Shown piece after piece: positions 35,076 through 45,376 of a DNA stretch of 64,000 nucleotides. Under the pieces are notes generated by a model. The model worked only from the letters and a program-made list of their open reading frames with translations. It did not search any database and had not been told where the DNA came from. The DNA is from a virus. The first letter of the stretch is position 1. Every line of letters starts with the position of its first letter. Made by a program: the position numbers and the translations under genes. Where the stretch lies: positions 9,181 through 73,180 of IMG/VR virus record IMGVR_UViG_3300046674_000314. One strand, given 5' to 3'.

Positions 35076-37832
35076 ATGGCAAATCGCGGTGGTGGTGGTG
35101 GTGGCGCTGGGCTTCCGGGCGCGCCGGGGGCCGACGGGAATACGATTCTGACCACAGTCGGTCAGCCGATTTCGACGGTCGGTAAGGACGGCGATTACGC
35201 CTATGATCCGTCGTCAAGAACCATGTATGGTCCGAAATCGGGCACATGGTCTTCTGGCGTTTCCATGAATGGTTTGGCGGGCGCTCCGGGCGTGGACGGT
35301 GCGACCATTCTACAAACGAGTGGCGCACCGTCGAACGTAACTGGTAAAAATGGCGATTTTGCCATCGATTCGACCGCAAAAGTCATGTATGGCCCCAAGT
35401 CGGGCGGTGCATGGCCTGCTGGCGTTTCACTAGCTGGCTCGGCTGGCACGAACGGGACCAATGGGGCCGATGGCAACACCATTGTGGCTACCACTGGCGC
35501 ACCGTCGAACGTAACTGGTAAGAATGGCGACTATGCGTATGACGCAGCCGCCAAGCTGATGTATGGGCCGAAGGCTGCCGGAACTTGGCCCGGCGGGGTC
35601 TCGCTAGCTGGCACGAATGGCACGAATGGCACGAATGGAACCAACGGCGCTAATGGCGCAAGCATTCTGGCTACAACCGGTGCCCCTGCTGGTGGTGTTG
35701 GGCAGAACGGTGACTATGCGTTCGACTCGACAGCCAAGATGATGTACGGGCCGAAGGCTGCGGGCGCATGGCCCGGTGGCGTTGCGCTCTCGGGAACCAA
35801 CGGAACGAATGGGACAAACGGTACGAATGGGGTGGGTTGGACCAGTGGTACGGGTGCGCCGAATGATGCAGATGGGCAGCCGAATGGCGCGCTATACCTC
35901 GACCAAGACCCCACTGGCGCCTACAACTTCTATAAGAAAGTGAGCGGCACCTACGGAACAACCCTTGGGTCGCTTCGCGGTCGGGATGGGGCAGACGGCT
36001 CGTCTGGCGCTTTCAAGGGCTGGAATATCACGACCGGCACTCCTTCGGCTGGGCTAGGGAATACAGGCGAAGCGGCGATTGATCCGGCTACGGGCTTGAC
36101 CTGGTTGCCGAAGCAAGCGTCGAGCGCCCCGACTCCGGACGGCTTCTTCGGCTTGAACACGCATATTTCCAGCACGTATGCGCCGACCAGCGGCGTGCCT
36201 ACGCCTGCCCAATATGTGGCCAAAATGCAGGATTTGGGCGTCCAGATCGTTCGAACCAATGTCAGCAACACGACTTCGGCAACAACGACTCTGCCCTATT
36301 TCCAAGCGTTTAAAGCTGCTGGCATCAAGACGATGGCGGTGCTGGACCAAGGCGTGCCGCTCGGCAATAGCTATGCGACCAATAAGACGAACGGTCAGTC
36401 ATACGCGTCGGGTATCGCTACGATTCTGGCGGGCTATGTCGATTATTACGAAATGTCGAACGAAATCGACTTTTCATGTCGAACTGATGGTGGTTCGGGC
36501 GGCGCGCGGTCAACAGCAAGCAATGGTGTCACTGGCTCGCAGATCGGGAAAGGTATTGACGGTTCGATTCCGGGCGACTATTCGGTTGCTTCAATCAATG
36601 CGCTGCGCGGTTGGATCGCGGGCGGTTTGATCGGTATCCGGGCTGCTGATGCGGCGGCGAAGTGCAGTTACGCGTCAGGCGTGCCGTTCGCATATGTCGT
36701 GCTGGACATGATGGTGAATGGCCGCGAACCGGCGCCCCCTGCTTCGCAGACTCCAACTGTCACGGTTGCTTCGGCAAATCCTGCGATCGTATTGGATTTC
36801 GCTACTTCGCATTGGTACTCGTCGATGGGGAATTGGCTTAGCGCCGGTCCTTCGACGTATCTCGGCGCGTTGCAAAACGTCCCGGCTCAGATGCGCTCAG
36901 TGTCGGGCAATCTGCCGATCCATGTGACAGAATGGGGTATGCTGGGTACGGATGCCAACCAAGCGGCGTATATGACTAGTCAGTCGAACTTCTGGCTGAC
37001 GAACAAGACGACCTATGGTATTCAATCGGTCGAAATGTATGCACTGTATCCGAACCCGGGCGACGGTGCTGCTGGTTCTCCCAACTATGGTATCATGCAG
37101 TTGGATGGCACGACGAAGAAGGCTGCGTATGACACGTTGAAGAACTTTCATCTTGCCAATACGACGCCGGGCGCAAGTGCATGGCCCGGAACTCCGCGAG
37201 TGCTTCCCGCGCAAAATGATATCCCGTCGGCAATGAATCTCTTTATGGATTCATCCAACGTGCTATCGCTGCGCAATGGGACGAACAACCAGGAAATTCG
37301 CGTCTGGCAGACGATCGACGGCGCGCTTGCCAATGGCTCGTATGGCGGCATGTGGTACTCGGGTGGCCAGTTCCATATCGGTACAGGTAAGATCGGCAGT
37401 GGTTCCCCTCCGGGAACGCGTTATACTGTGAACGGGATTGACTTGCTGTCGTTCGGTGCAGGTAGTATTTCGCCGGTCACGGATCAGAACTACAACCTTG
37501 GGAATACGACCGCGCGGTATTTGCGTGCGTATATCTGGGGCTTGAACATGAAGATCGCGCGGACCAGCACCAGCGGAACGACGATTGCGAACCCTTCGGC
37601 ACCGGGCACGACAATTTGGACTGGGGCAGGGGCGGGTAGCATCACGGTCGAGGCAGCGCCGGAAGATGGCCAAATCCGGATTTTTGCCAACTCGGCAACG
37701 GCTGCGGTCACCTTCACGGTGAACTACACCGGGCGGGGCGGTGCTTCGTCGGTCGTGCTGAATCAGGATCAAAGCTGCATTTTGCAGTATGACGGAACGG
37801 GTGGCTGCTGGATTAAGGTATCGGCCACGTAA
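35076..37832 (+). CDS. collagen-like fibre with a clan GH-A glycoside hydrolase-like domain
   Basis: G-X-X repeats and 4-5 G.NGD.A.D.....MYGPK..G.W units; YYEMSNEID and IHVTEWG catalytic-type motifs. Confidence 0.75.
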   Translation: MANRGGGGGGAGLPGAPGADGNTILTTVGQPISTVGKDGDYAYDPSSRTMYGPKSGTWSSGVSMNGLAGAPGVDGATILQTSGAPSNVTGKNGDFAIDSTAKVMYGPKSGGAWPAGVSLAGSAGTNGTNGADGNTIVATTGAPSNVTGKNGDYAYDAAAKLMYGPKAAGTWPGGVSLAGTNGTNGTNGTNGANGASILATTGAPAGGVGQNGDYAFDSTAKMMYGPKAAGAWPGGVALSGTNGTNGTNGTNGVGWTSGTGAPNDADGQPNGALYLDQDPTGAYNFYKKVSGTYGTTLGSLRGRDGADGSSGAFKGWNITTGTPSAGLGNTGEAAIDPATGLTWLPKQASSAPTPDGFFGLNTHISSTYAPTSGVPTPAQYVAKMQDLGVQIVRTNVSNTTSATTTLPYFQAFKAAGIKTMAVLDQGVPLGNSYATNKTNGQSYASGIATILAGYVDYYEMSNEIDFSCRTDGGSGGARSTASNGVTGSQIGKGIDGSIPGDYSVASINALRGWIAGGLIGIRAADAAAKCSYASGVPFAYVVLDMMVNGREPAPPASQTPTVTVASANPAIVLDFATSHWYSSMGNWLSAGPSTYLGALQNVPAQMRSVSGNLPIHVTEWGMLGTDANQAAYMTSQSNFWLTNKTTYGIQSVEMYALYPNPGDGAAGSPNYGIMQLDGTTKKAAYDTLKNFHLANTTPGASAWPGTPRVLPAQNDIPSAMNLFMDSSNVLSLRNGTNNQEIRVWQTIDGALANGSYGGMWYSGGQFHIGTGKIGSGSPPGTRYTVNGIDLLSFGAGSISPVTDQNYNLGNTTARYLRAYIWGLNMKIARTSTSGTTIANPSAPGTTIWTGAGAGSITVEAAPEDGQIRIFANSATAAVTFTVNYTGRGGASSVVLNQDQSCILQYDGTGGCWIKVSAT

Positions 37833-37898
37833 AGAGTAGTTGGGGTGAGAGTGGGGCTTTTTACTCCCGGGTAACTCCGGGAGCTTTTTCTGGAGTTC

Positions 37899-38105
37899 AT
37901 GATGAAGAAAGCAGCGATTGTTCAGTCAAACCGCAAGGTCGCGGCAGACGGAACCATGAAAGGAATGCAGGCGAGCAACAATCCGCCGCCGCTGAAACCG
38001 CTTGGTCCAACGCCTGCGGCACCGTCAAAAAAGACTTCAACAGGTGGTAAAGGTCCAGCAGCAGGCGGTAGTGTCAAGCTAGGCGGTCATTACTCGAACA
38101 AATGA
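37899..38105 (+). CDS. small basic Lys/Pro-rich protein
   Basis: GGAG RBS; terminator downstream. Confidence 0.5.
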   Translation: MMKKAAIVQSNRKVAADGTMKGMQASNNPPPLKPLGPTPAAPSKKTSTGGKGPAAGGSVKLGGHYSNK

Positions 38106-38131
38106 AAAAAGCCCCAGTCAAGGGGCTTTTT
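38105..38131. terminator. bidirectional terminator
   Basis: AAAAAAGCCCC-AGTCAA-GGGGCTTTTT between convergent genes. Confidence 0.85.
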
Positions 38132-38134
38132 CTA

Positions 38135-38443
38135 TTACTGGTTCGGCTCTCCGTTGAAGTCCGGCTTCGTGGCATCATGGACCAGCTTGCCGATTTGGTA
38201 CGGCATCCATTGCCAAGTGTTCTTCTCTGCCTGACGCTCGGCGCTATACTCGATGGGGCCGATTCCTTGCGAGTGCGCTAGATGGTCAACGACCAGCAAA
38301 TTTAGCTTGCCGTCCGAATGGACGAAGACGATGGTTGCGTCAAGCGGCGCTTTTTCGTCGACCATGTTGAAACGCGAGAGGTCTTCGTCGCTCGGGTAAA
38401 AATAGACCTTGCGCCCGATCGTCGGTTCAATGGGTGAATTCAT
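38135..38443 (-). CDS. conserved phage protein (PTIGR.V...P.DA.I..V...NL.V.D family)
   Basis: Recognisable motif ending WMPYQ. Confidence 0.7.
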   Translation of the reverse strand: MNSPIEPTIGRKVYFYPSDEDLSRFNMVDEKAPLDATIVFVHSDGKLNLLVVDHLAHSQGIGPIEYSAERQAEKNTWQWMPYQIGKLVHDATKPDFNGEPNQ

Positions 38444-38810
38444 GTCTTGGGTTCCTTATTGCGTTGATAAGCCAGCGGAAGCCCGCTAGCACGAGATACA
38501 CTAGTGCTGATGCGATGAAGCCGTAAATGATAGCCCATGTTTGCGCGCGCTTTTCCCCCTCCCAAGTGCATTCGGTCGGAGATTGCGGGTACAGGACCGC
38601 TAATTGCTGAGTCGATAGGCCAGCCGGGACGCGCCCCGCTTCATTCTCGTCGAGTACCTTGCCCCAATCGACGGCGTACCCGCTGGTTTCGACCTGCTGG
38701 TTATACTTCGCTCGGCATGCGTCGGCATGATAAACGTTTGACATGGCAAAGCCGAAGCCAGCCACCGTTAGGCCTGCTGCGACTGCTAATGTGGCTAGCT
38801 TGCATTTCAT
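38427..38810 (-). CDS. membrane protein (moron-like)
   Basis: Hydrophobic N- and C-terminal segments; own TATAAT promoter at ~38843-38871. Confidence 0.6.
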   Translation of the reverse strand: MKCKLATLAVAAGLTVAGFGFAMSNVYHADACRAKYNQQVETSGYAVDWGKVLDENEAGRVPAGLSTQQLAVLYPQSPTECTWEGEKRAQTWAIIYGFIASALVYLVLAGFRWLINAIRNPRHEFTH

Positions 38811-38959
38811 GGTCGGATTGATCCGCTGATTGAATGATACCAATTATAGGCGCGCCATTAGAAAACGCCATATAGGTGAACAAAAAAGGTGAGACATAGC
38901 TGTTGACTGTTCTGTAGATCTTGGAGTATCCTGTAATTTAACCCAACGGAGGTTGTACC

Positions 38960-39748
38960 ATGGCAAAATCGAAAGCTGACGATAGCTTGCTGACGCCCGC
39001 TGAGCAGCAAATGAGCGCCGAAGCAAGCGACCCGGCACAGCCGGAAACCCCTGCACAGTCGGATGCTCCGGAAACGGCGCAATCGACCACGCAGGACAAG
39101 GTCGAAGACCAAGAACCGGCCAAGTTCGACGATCCGAAGCCCGCAGACGCACCTGTGCTGAATACGCCGTGGACCGCGCCTGCTGATGGTAATAGCGACC
39201 ATACCCCGGCACCGGACGGCACGCCCGCTCAGTCGCCGCTGGTCGAAAGCACGATTTCGGCTGACGAAGCTGCGCAGAACCCCGCAACGGCTAGCCAGCC
39301 GCCCGGCGCAACTGTGCTTGCAACTCCGGACGCCGAGAAGCCGAGCACGGTCGTTGCCGTCGAGCAACCGGCTACAATTCCCGATCCTGCGCAAGCTGCC
39401 GATCCGGACGTGAAGCCCGCAGACGTGCAAGAAGTGCCGAATCCGAATCTGGTGACGAACCAAAGCACGGATATCCCGGCACCGATCAACCCGGATGCAA
39501 TCGGCCCGACTCCGGCGCCGATCACGCACGAAGAAGCGGTCGCGCATATCGCTGCGCAAGACACGACGATTCCGGAAGATCAAAAGGGCTTTTCGTCGGG
39601 CGGCACCACCGCTGTGGCGGCAGCCGAACCGACGCATAAGGGCGTTCTCGACGCGCTCATGATGGACTTGGAAGGGATTGCGGCAATGGGTAAGGCGGAA
39701 ATCATCGCCCTTATCGACATTGCCCGCGCGCGTCTCGACGAACTGTAA
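38960..39748 (+). CDS. acidic Pro/Ala-rich, probably disordered protein
   Basis: GGAGG RBS; TTGACT-type promoter upstream; hairpin downstream. Confidence 0.7.
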   Translation: MAKSKADDSLLTPAEQQMSAEASDPAQPETPAQSDAPETAQSTTQDKVEDQEPAKFDDPKPADAPVLNTPWTAPADGNSDHTPAPDGTPAQSPLVESTISADEAAQNPATASQPPGATVLATPDAEKPSTVVAVEQPATIPDPAQAADPDVKPADVQEVPNPNLVTNQSTDIPAPINPDAIGPTPAPITHEEAVAHIAAQDTTIPEDQKGFSSGGTTAVAAAEPTHKGVLDALMMDLEGIAAMGKAEIIALIDIARARLDEL

Positions 39749-39803
39749 GACGAAATAAAACCGCGGGGGCGGGGTTACCTCCGCGGTCTACTGAGCCACT
39801 CTC

Positions 39804-40094
39804 ATGACGACAAAAACAGAATTCATTGCCGATCCGGACTCAGACCGGACGATTATTGCCCATACCGAAAACTTCGATGGGTTGATTGACCACAATAAGG
39901 CTTTGCAGAACGAAGGACACCACGGCACCAAGGATATGAAGCATGTCGCCAATATCCCGGGTATCGTTATCGAGCAGTACTGTTTCATGCGGGGTGTGTC
40001 TTGGGCTGAATTTTGGGCCGACAACAAGCACATCAAAACGATTCTCAATGACCCTGATATGGCCTATTTCCGGGTCGCACCGGGTAAGGTATAA
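39804..40094 (+). CDS. conserved podophage head-region protein
   Basis: HVA.IP..V.E.Y...G......LNDPD..YFR motif. Confidence 0.75.
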   Translation: MTTKTEFIADPDSDRTIIAHTENFDGLIDHNKALQNEGHHGTKDMKHVANIPGIVIEQYCFMRGVSWAEFWADNKHIKTILNDPDMAYFRVAPGKV

Positions 40095-40095
40095 A

Positions 40096-40401
40096 ATGAC
40101 ATTCCTTCTTCAAGCCACCAGAAGCGTTCGAGGTGTCGCGTCGTTAGCAGGTGCGGGTACGCATGGCCAACTCGCCCACGATGATTCGAATGGAGATATT
40201 TGGATCAACCTGAAAGGTAGCTGGTTCAAGATCAGCAGCGCAGGCGTCGCAACCCAATCCGCTGTGGTTACCAATGGCCAGACCGTCACGCTGCAAAAGT
40301 CGGATGGGACCACGTCGGCAGGCAATGCGACGTTGAATAGCCCGGCAACAATCAACGTGTCGAACCTCGGCGTTGTCACTTCGGTCAAAGCGAGCGCTTA
40401 A
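40096..40401 (+). CDS. small virion protein
   Basis: ORF in the late operon. Confidence 0.6.
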   Translation: MTFLLQATRSVRGVASLAGAGTHGQLAHDDSNGDIWINLKGSWFKISSAGVATQSAVVTNGQTVTLQKSDGTTSAGNATLNSPATINVSNLGVVTSVKASA

Positions 40402-40404
40402 ACC

Positions 40405-41013
40405 ATGGCTATCGAAAGCTACGCGGACCTGCAAGCAAGCATGCAGAAGTACCTGAAGCGGCAAGATTTGGCCGCTTTGCTGCCTGACTTTATCACGCTC
40501 GCTGAAGAGTATTTCAACGATAACGTGTTCACGCGTGCGCGCCGCGTATCTTACGTTATTACACCAATGCAGTATACGGTACCCCTCCCGAGCGATTGGG
40601 AGCGGGTTGCCGACGTTTGGTACGATACTCGGCAACTGGACTTTCGTGGTCCGGGTAGCGATACGGCTTACTCGGGTGCGAATAACAATCCGGCTGCATA
40701 CGGTATCTACCAAATTATCGGGAACACTCTCGCGTTCAGCGCGCGGGCGGCTCAGCTAGGCGCCAAGCTGCAAATCGACTATTTCCCGACGCTTGAACCG
40801 CTGAGCGATACCAACGTCTCAAACTGGCTGCTAGAGGATAGCCCCAGCACCTATTTGTATGGGGCGCTGAAAGAAGCGGCCATTTACATTCGGGATGATG
40901 CCCGGCTACAACTCTGGCAATCTTTGCGAGACCAAGCGATCCAAAGTAAAATCGACGCAGATACCGCGGCGAAAACGCCGATGGACGGACCCTTGCAAAT
41001 TGTGGCGGGCTAA
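40405..41013 (+). CDS. head-tail adaptor protein
   Basis: Y.DLQ....YL.R.DL...PDFI.LAE and NWLL...P..YLYG.L.EA..Y motifs. Confidence 0.85.
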   Translation: MAIESYADLQASMQKYLKRQDLAALLPDFITLAEEYFNDNVFTRARRVSYVITPMQYTVPLPSDWERVADVWYDTRQLDFRGPGSDTAYSGANNNPAAYGIYQIIGNTLAFSARAAQLGAKLQIDYFPTLEPLSDTNVSNWLLEDSPSTYLYGALKEAAIYIRDDARLQLWQSLRDQAIQSKIDADTAAKTPMDGPLQIVAG

Positions 41014-42485
41014 TGGCTGCGACTATTCCATTTTTCGGCTTCACGCCGAATGCTGATCCGACCACGCCCGGCGCGGTGATGGATTGCCAAAATATGATCC
41101 CTACGCGCCGTGGGATGCGCTCAGCGCCTTCCCCGGTGCCCTTTGGCAATCCTGCCTTCGGCGCCCCCGTGACAGGCGGGGCGACCGTTGAACTACTCAA
41201 TGGTACATACCGGACCATTATTGGGATCGGTATCGCCTTGTTCGAAGTTGTTGGCGCTGTAAACAACAACATCAGCGGATCAACCTATACCGGTGGTGCG
41301 AACAAATGGCGCTTCGCTCAGTTCGGCAATGCGACGCTCGGGGTCAATGGCGCGGACTTGATCCAGCAGTCGATTAGTTCGGGCGCGTTTTCGTCAATTG
41401 CCGGATCACCTGTGGCTAGCATCATTGAAACGGTGCAAGGCTTCGTATTCCTTTTTGATACGACTGATGGAGTGAATGGGCATCGTTCGAATGGTTGGTG
41501 GTGCTCTGGTCTATATGACCAAACGAATTGGACTCCGTCGCAAGCAACCCAGTGCGCAAATGGCGTCAACGTCGATACCCCGGGTGGCTTCACCGCAGCC
41601 AAAGCGCTCGGCACCAATATTGTTGCTTTTAAGCAGCAATCGATGTATTACGGCACCTACCAAGGGCCACCGGTCATTTGGGGCTTCAACCAAATTTCCC
41701 CGATCATTGGTACGCCGTCGCAAGAGTGTGTTATATCGGTTGGCACGAATCTATTTTTCTTAGGTTCGGACTATCAGGTTTATTCGTTCGATGGCACGCG
41801 CCCGCTTCCGATTGGCGATGACGTGCGTGAATGGCTGAGCACCAATTGGTCCGCAACCTATCAGGGGGCGGTCTGGTCATATCACGATCAACCAAACAAC
41901 CTGATCTATTGGTATTTCTGCTCCAAGAACTCGTCGGATGGTATTCCGGACAAGTGCTTGGTGTATAACTATAATACCAATAAATTCGGACGTGCTGACA
42001 ACAAGGTCGAAGCTGCATTGCAGGCGATTTCCGGTCAGATCACTTGGGACGGTATGGGCGCGCTTCCGAACGTGACCACATGGGATTCGCTCCCGCAGAT
42101 TCCGTATAACTCTGCCTATTGGGCGCAGTCATCGGCGCTTCCGGCTATTGTCGATACCACCCATACCCTGCTGACACTCTCGGGTGCTTCGGCAGCTAGC
42201 TCATTGACTTCGGGATGGTTCGGAGACGATTATGACTATCAGTACGTCCTTGGCATCGTCCCGCGCTTTAAGAAAATCCCTACATCGTGCAATGGCACCG
42301 CGCGCACACAGCGACACTTGGATAGCGACAGCGCAGCAGACCAAACGATTACGCTCCCAAATATGTTCGATGGTGAGATTGCTTGCGATTTCTCGACAAG
42401 ATGGACACAAATAATCTTGAATTTTACAGGCACCCATGAAATACTAGGGGCTGTTCCCCGCACCATACCGGCAGGTTCGATTTAA
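41013..42485 (+). CDS. tail nozzle / DNA stabilisation protein
   Basis: 490-aa beta-rich protein after the adaptor; WRFAQFG motif. Confidence 0.75.
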   Translation: MAATIPFFGFTPNADPTTPGAVMDCQNMIPTRRGMRSAPSPVPFGNPAFGAPVTGGATVELLNGTYRTIIGIGIALFEVVGAVNNNISGSTYTGGANKWRFAQFGNATLGVNGADLIQQSISSGAFSSIAGSPVASIIETVQGFVFLFDTTDGVNGHRSNGWWCSGLYDQTNWTPSQATQCANGVNVDTPGGFTAAKALGTNIVAFKQQSMYYGTYQGPPVIWGFNQISPIIGTPSQECVISVGTNLFFLGSDYQVYSFDGTRPLPIGDDVREWLSTNWSATYQGAVWSYHDQPNNLIYWYFCSKNSSDGIPDKCLVYNYNTNKFGRADNKVEAALQAISGQITWDGMGALPNVTTWDSLPQIPYNSAYWAQSSALPAIVDTTHTLLTLSGASAASSLTSGWFGDDYDYQYVLGIVPRFKKIPTSCNGTARTQRHLDSDSAADQTITLPNMFDGEIACDFSTRWTQIILNFTGTHEILGAVPRTIPAGSI

Positions 42486-42811
42486 TGGCACGAATTACCG
42501 ATCCACAGCTTCCGACGACGGGCACCGGCCCGCTGGTCAATATGACCATTGCATTGGTCAAGTACCTGCGTCAGATTCAGGTTCAAATCAATGCAATGTC
42601 GGGCGGCTCCATATCGGCTAGTACAGCGGCCAATACCGCCCCTCCGGTAGCGGGGAACAAACAGATATATACACAAGGGGATTTCATCCCCAATTTAAAC
42701 CCCGTTCAACTTGGCAGTGCTGGCTCAATGTATGTGGTCACCGGCTGGATTTGCATTGCCAGCGGAACACCTGGCACATGGGTCGCTTGCCGTTCTCTCA
42801 CAGGTAACTAA
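42485..42811 (+). CDS. small tail protein
   Basis: GWICIASGTPGTW motif. Confidence 0.65.
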   Translation: MARITDPQLPTTGTGPLVNMTIALVKYLRQIQVQINAMSGGSISASTAANTAPPVAGNKQIYTQGDFIPNLNPVQLGSAGSMYVVTGWICIASGTPGTWVACRSLTGN

Positions 42812-42812
42812 A

Positions 42813-43271
42813 ATGGACGAAACTGAAGTCGTCAAGAATCTGGACCCGGCAGACCATCCGACGCCGCCCCCGAAGCGCATGGCGCCGGTGGCCCCTGCGG
42901 ACCTGAAGTACGTCTGGCCGTCGATCCGTGATCGGGTGGCGAAGATCGAAAGCCCGGAAGAAACGATTCCCGAAGAAGTCTATGCCATGTGCGTGACGAA
43001 TGCGGCAACGCTCTTTCAACTGTTCATCGACGATGAGCCGATCGGCCTTCTGGTCGTCCGCTTGATTCAACCGGACCTGCATATCTGGCTGCTGAGTGCG
43101 GATAATGGCTACGACGTGATGACGACTTTCCGTCCGGACTTGATGGAAATCGCACGGCGCGCTGGCGCTCAAAAGCTGACTTATGGCTCCCGGCGCCGAG
43201 CATGGCAGGAAGTGTCGAAAGACCATGGCTTCTCAGTTCGCATGATCGTTTATGAGGCAAAGGTCGAATAA
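42813..43271 (+). CDS. GNAT-like virion-assembly protein (position of P22 gp14)
   Basis: LHIWL...A...G.....SRR.W pattern preceding the ejection genes. Confidence 0.6.
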   Translation: MDETEVVKNLDPADHPTPPPKRMAPVAPADLKYVWPSIRDRVAKIESPEETIPEEVYAMCVTNAATLFQLFIDDEPIGLLVVRLIQPDLHIWLLSADNGYDVMTTFRPDLMEIARRAGAQKLTYGSRRRAWQEVSKDHGFSVRMIVYEAKVE

Positions 43272-43338
43272 GCAACAGATTATGACCGTGCGCTCGGTTG
43301 GATTGTTGATATAGAATCAGAACAATCCTACCAACTTG

Positions 43339-43375
43339 GCGGCTGACTCCTTCGTGGACTCAGCCGCTTTTGTTT
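43339..43375 (+). terminator. hairpin/terminator before the ejection genes
   Basis: GCGGCTGA...TCAGCCGC followed by TTTTGTTT. Confidence 0.6.
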
Positions 43376-43386
43376 GAGTCAAGCAC

Positions 43387-44391
43387 ATGTCATCAAAAGG
43401 CAGCGGTGGCAGCACTACAACGACACAAGAACTGCCAGCATGGGCACAGCCCTACGCTCAGCAGCTTTTGACGCGCGGTGCTGACCTTTCGAATCAAGCG
43501 GTCCCGACGTATAACGGTCAAATGACCGCGGGCCTTAGCGATGCTACGCAAGCCGGTATTGGCGGGCTAGGAACGGTAGCGGGCCAGTCGCAGAATACGG
43601 CGAATGCAGCCACGCAGTATTACCAATCGCTCATGGGTCAAACTGGCCCGAGTCTCAACAATCCGTATACCGGCAATGTCTCGTCGACCAACGCCAGCAG
43701 CGTTTACTCGAACCCTGCGAACAACCCGTATCTCGCGCAAGCGGTCGATGCTGCGAACTCGCGCATTACCGACGCCTATTCAAACGTCACCGCCCCCACG
43801 ACTCTCGCACAGTTCCGGAATGCGGGTGCTTTCGGTGGCTCTGCGCAAGACCAGTATACGGGCACACAGCAGAAACAACTGGCGCAAGCGCTCAGTGACA
43901 ATACCAGCGGTATGTACAATTCTGCGTACAACCAAGCGGCTGGCATCGATGCGAATTTGCAGGCGCAAAACGCACAGCAAGCCAATCAGGTCGCACTCGC
44001 CAATCAATCTGTGGGCACAAACGCAAACAACGCGCTCAATACGCAGAATTCCAGCAACTATTACTCGAACATCAACGCAGTCCTCCAAGGTCTGCAAGGT
44101 GCTCAATCGGCGAATACCGCAGCAGGTACGGCGGCGGGCAACTTGGCAACTGGCGGCCAAATTCAACAGCAAAACTCGCAAGACGCGTTGAACTCGGCCT
44201 ACCAGCAATGGTACAATCAGGTCAATGCACCGTACACCCAGCTGTCCACATTGTCCGGCGCGCTCTCCGGTGCTCTCGGTTCGGGCACGGGGGTTTCGAC
44301 TTCGAGCCAAACGGCTGGTTCGGGCAACTCGCTGGCTACGCTGCTGGGCTTGGGCGCCACCGGTATCGGCGCTTATAACGCGTTCAAGTAA
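43387..44391 (+). CDS. DNA ejection (pilot) protein
   Basis: TTTQELPAWAQPY start, NPYL and GAFGGS motifs; Gln/Asn/Ala-rich. Confidence 0.75.
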   Translation: MSSKGSGGSTTTTQELPAWAQPYAQQLLTRGADLSNQAVPTYNGQMTAGLSDATQAGIGGLGTVAGQSQNTANAATQYYQSLMGQTGPSLNNPYTGNVSSTNASSVYSNPANNPYLAQAVDAANSRITDAYSNVTAPTTLAQFRNAGAFGGSAQDQYTGTQQKQLAQALSDNTSGMYNSAYNQAAGIDANLQAQNAQQANQVALANQSVGTNANNALNTQNSSNYYSNINAVLQGLQGAQSANTAAGTAAGNLATGGQIQQQNSQDALNSAYQQWYNQVNAPYTQLSTLSGALSGALGSGTGVSTSSQTAGSGNSLATLLGLGATGIGAYNAFK

Positions 44392-44400
44392 GGGGCTGCT

Positions 44401-44868
44401 ATGGGTTCGAAAAGCAATGGCGGCGCCGTGGACTTCACGCAGGGGATCGGCGGTATGGCGAATGGAGGAAAGCCGGGAGGATTCAACTTCTCGGCACCTG
44501 ACGATTCGGCTACTGCTGGTGGTCCGCAGCCGATGGCAGGCTTGACCGGAGTAGCTTCAGGAATGGGCGGCGACTATACCGCGGGTAACATGGACGGAAT
44601 CTCGTCCGGACCTTCAGAGTATCAGTTTACGACCACTGGTGGTTATTCTCCGGACATAAATAAGCTGGGTGCCTCGCTGGGAATGGGTGCAGCGCTGGCT
44701 GATCCTACGGGCGGACAAGGCGGCCAGCGCATGATGACCAATAGCGCCGGGCGTCATCTGCAAGCACAACAATTCATGACCGGGCTTGCGCCGACCTTGG
44801 GTGCTTCGGGTTCGCAAGCTGGTAACGGTCTACTTCAACTGCTCCAAAAATACCAGGTCGGCCGATAA
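44401..44868 (+). CDS. Gly-rich probable ejection protein
   Basis: Composition and position. Confidence 0.55.
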   Translation: MGSKSNGGAVDFTQGIGGMANGGKPGGFNFSAPDDSATAGGPQPMAGLTGVASGMGGDYTAGNMDGISSGPSEYQFTTTGGYSPDINKLGASLGMGAALADPTGGQGGQRMMTNSAGRHLQAQQFMTGLAPTLGASGSQAGNGLLQLLQKYQVGR

Positions 44869-45368
44869 TGGGCACAAGACAAAATGGGAATACCCCCAGC
44901 GCATCAAGCCAACTGAACGGGCTGGTGAGTCAATCGCGCGGGCTTATCGGCGGTCTGACGGCTGGGCTTGGTGGCGGCTCTGGCGCTGCAACTGCTGCGG
45001 CAACTCCCGGCGCCATTAGCGCTGTGGCTGCCCCTGCTGGGCTTTCCGGCGTTGGGGCTGGGACCGAGCTTGCATCGATGGCCCCGACCTCGGTGGCGCC
45101 TATGTCCACTGGCGCCACGGGCGGTCTTGGCGGCCTTAGCGCTGCGGGCACCGGGCTGGGCTTGGGCTTGGCTGGCAATATCGGCGGTGCGCTGCTTCAA
45201 GGTACTGTCGATCCGAACCACTCGGGCAACTCATTCGGCAATAGTGCAGGCGCAGCACTGAAAGGCGCAGGGACCGGTGCGGCGATTGGCTCAATTGTTC
45301 CGGGTGTCGGAACAGCCATCGGTGCAGGTATCGGCGGCTTGGGTGGTCTGCTGTCTTCTTTCTTCTAA
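44868..45368 (+). CDS. glycine-zipper probable ejection protein
   Basis: GAAIGSIVPGVGTAIGAGIGGLGG. Confidence 0.65.
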   Translation: MGTRQNGNTPSASSQLNGLVSQSRGLIGGLTAGLGGGSGAATAAATPGAISAVAAPAGLSGVGAGTELASMAPTSVAPMSTGATGGLGGLSAAGTGLGLGLAGNIGGALLQGTVDPNHSGNSFGNSAGAALKGAGTGAAIGSIVPGVGTAIGAGIGGLGGLLSSFF

Positions 45369-45376
45369 GGTGAACC

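Noticed and set aside
43287-43320. Tenth copy of the CGTGCG promoter before the ejection genes
   Set aside because: CGTGCG is present but the -10 match (TATAGA at 17 bp or TAGAAT at 19 bp) is poor and the downstream CATGG is absent.
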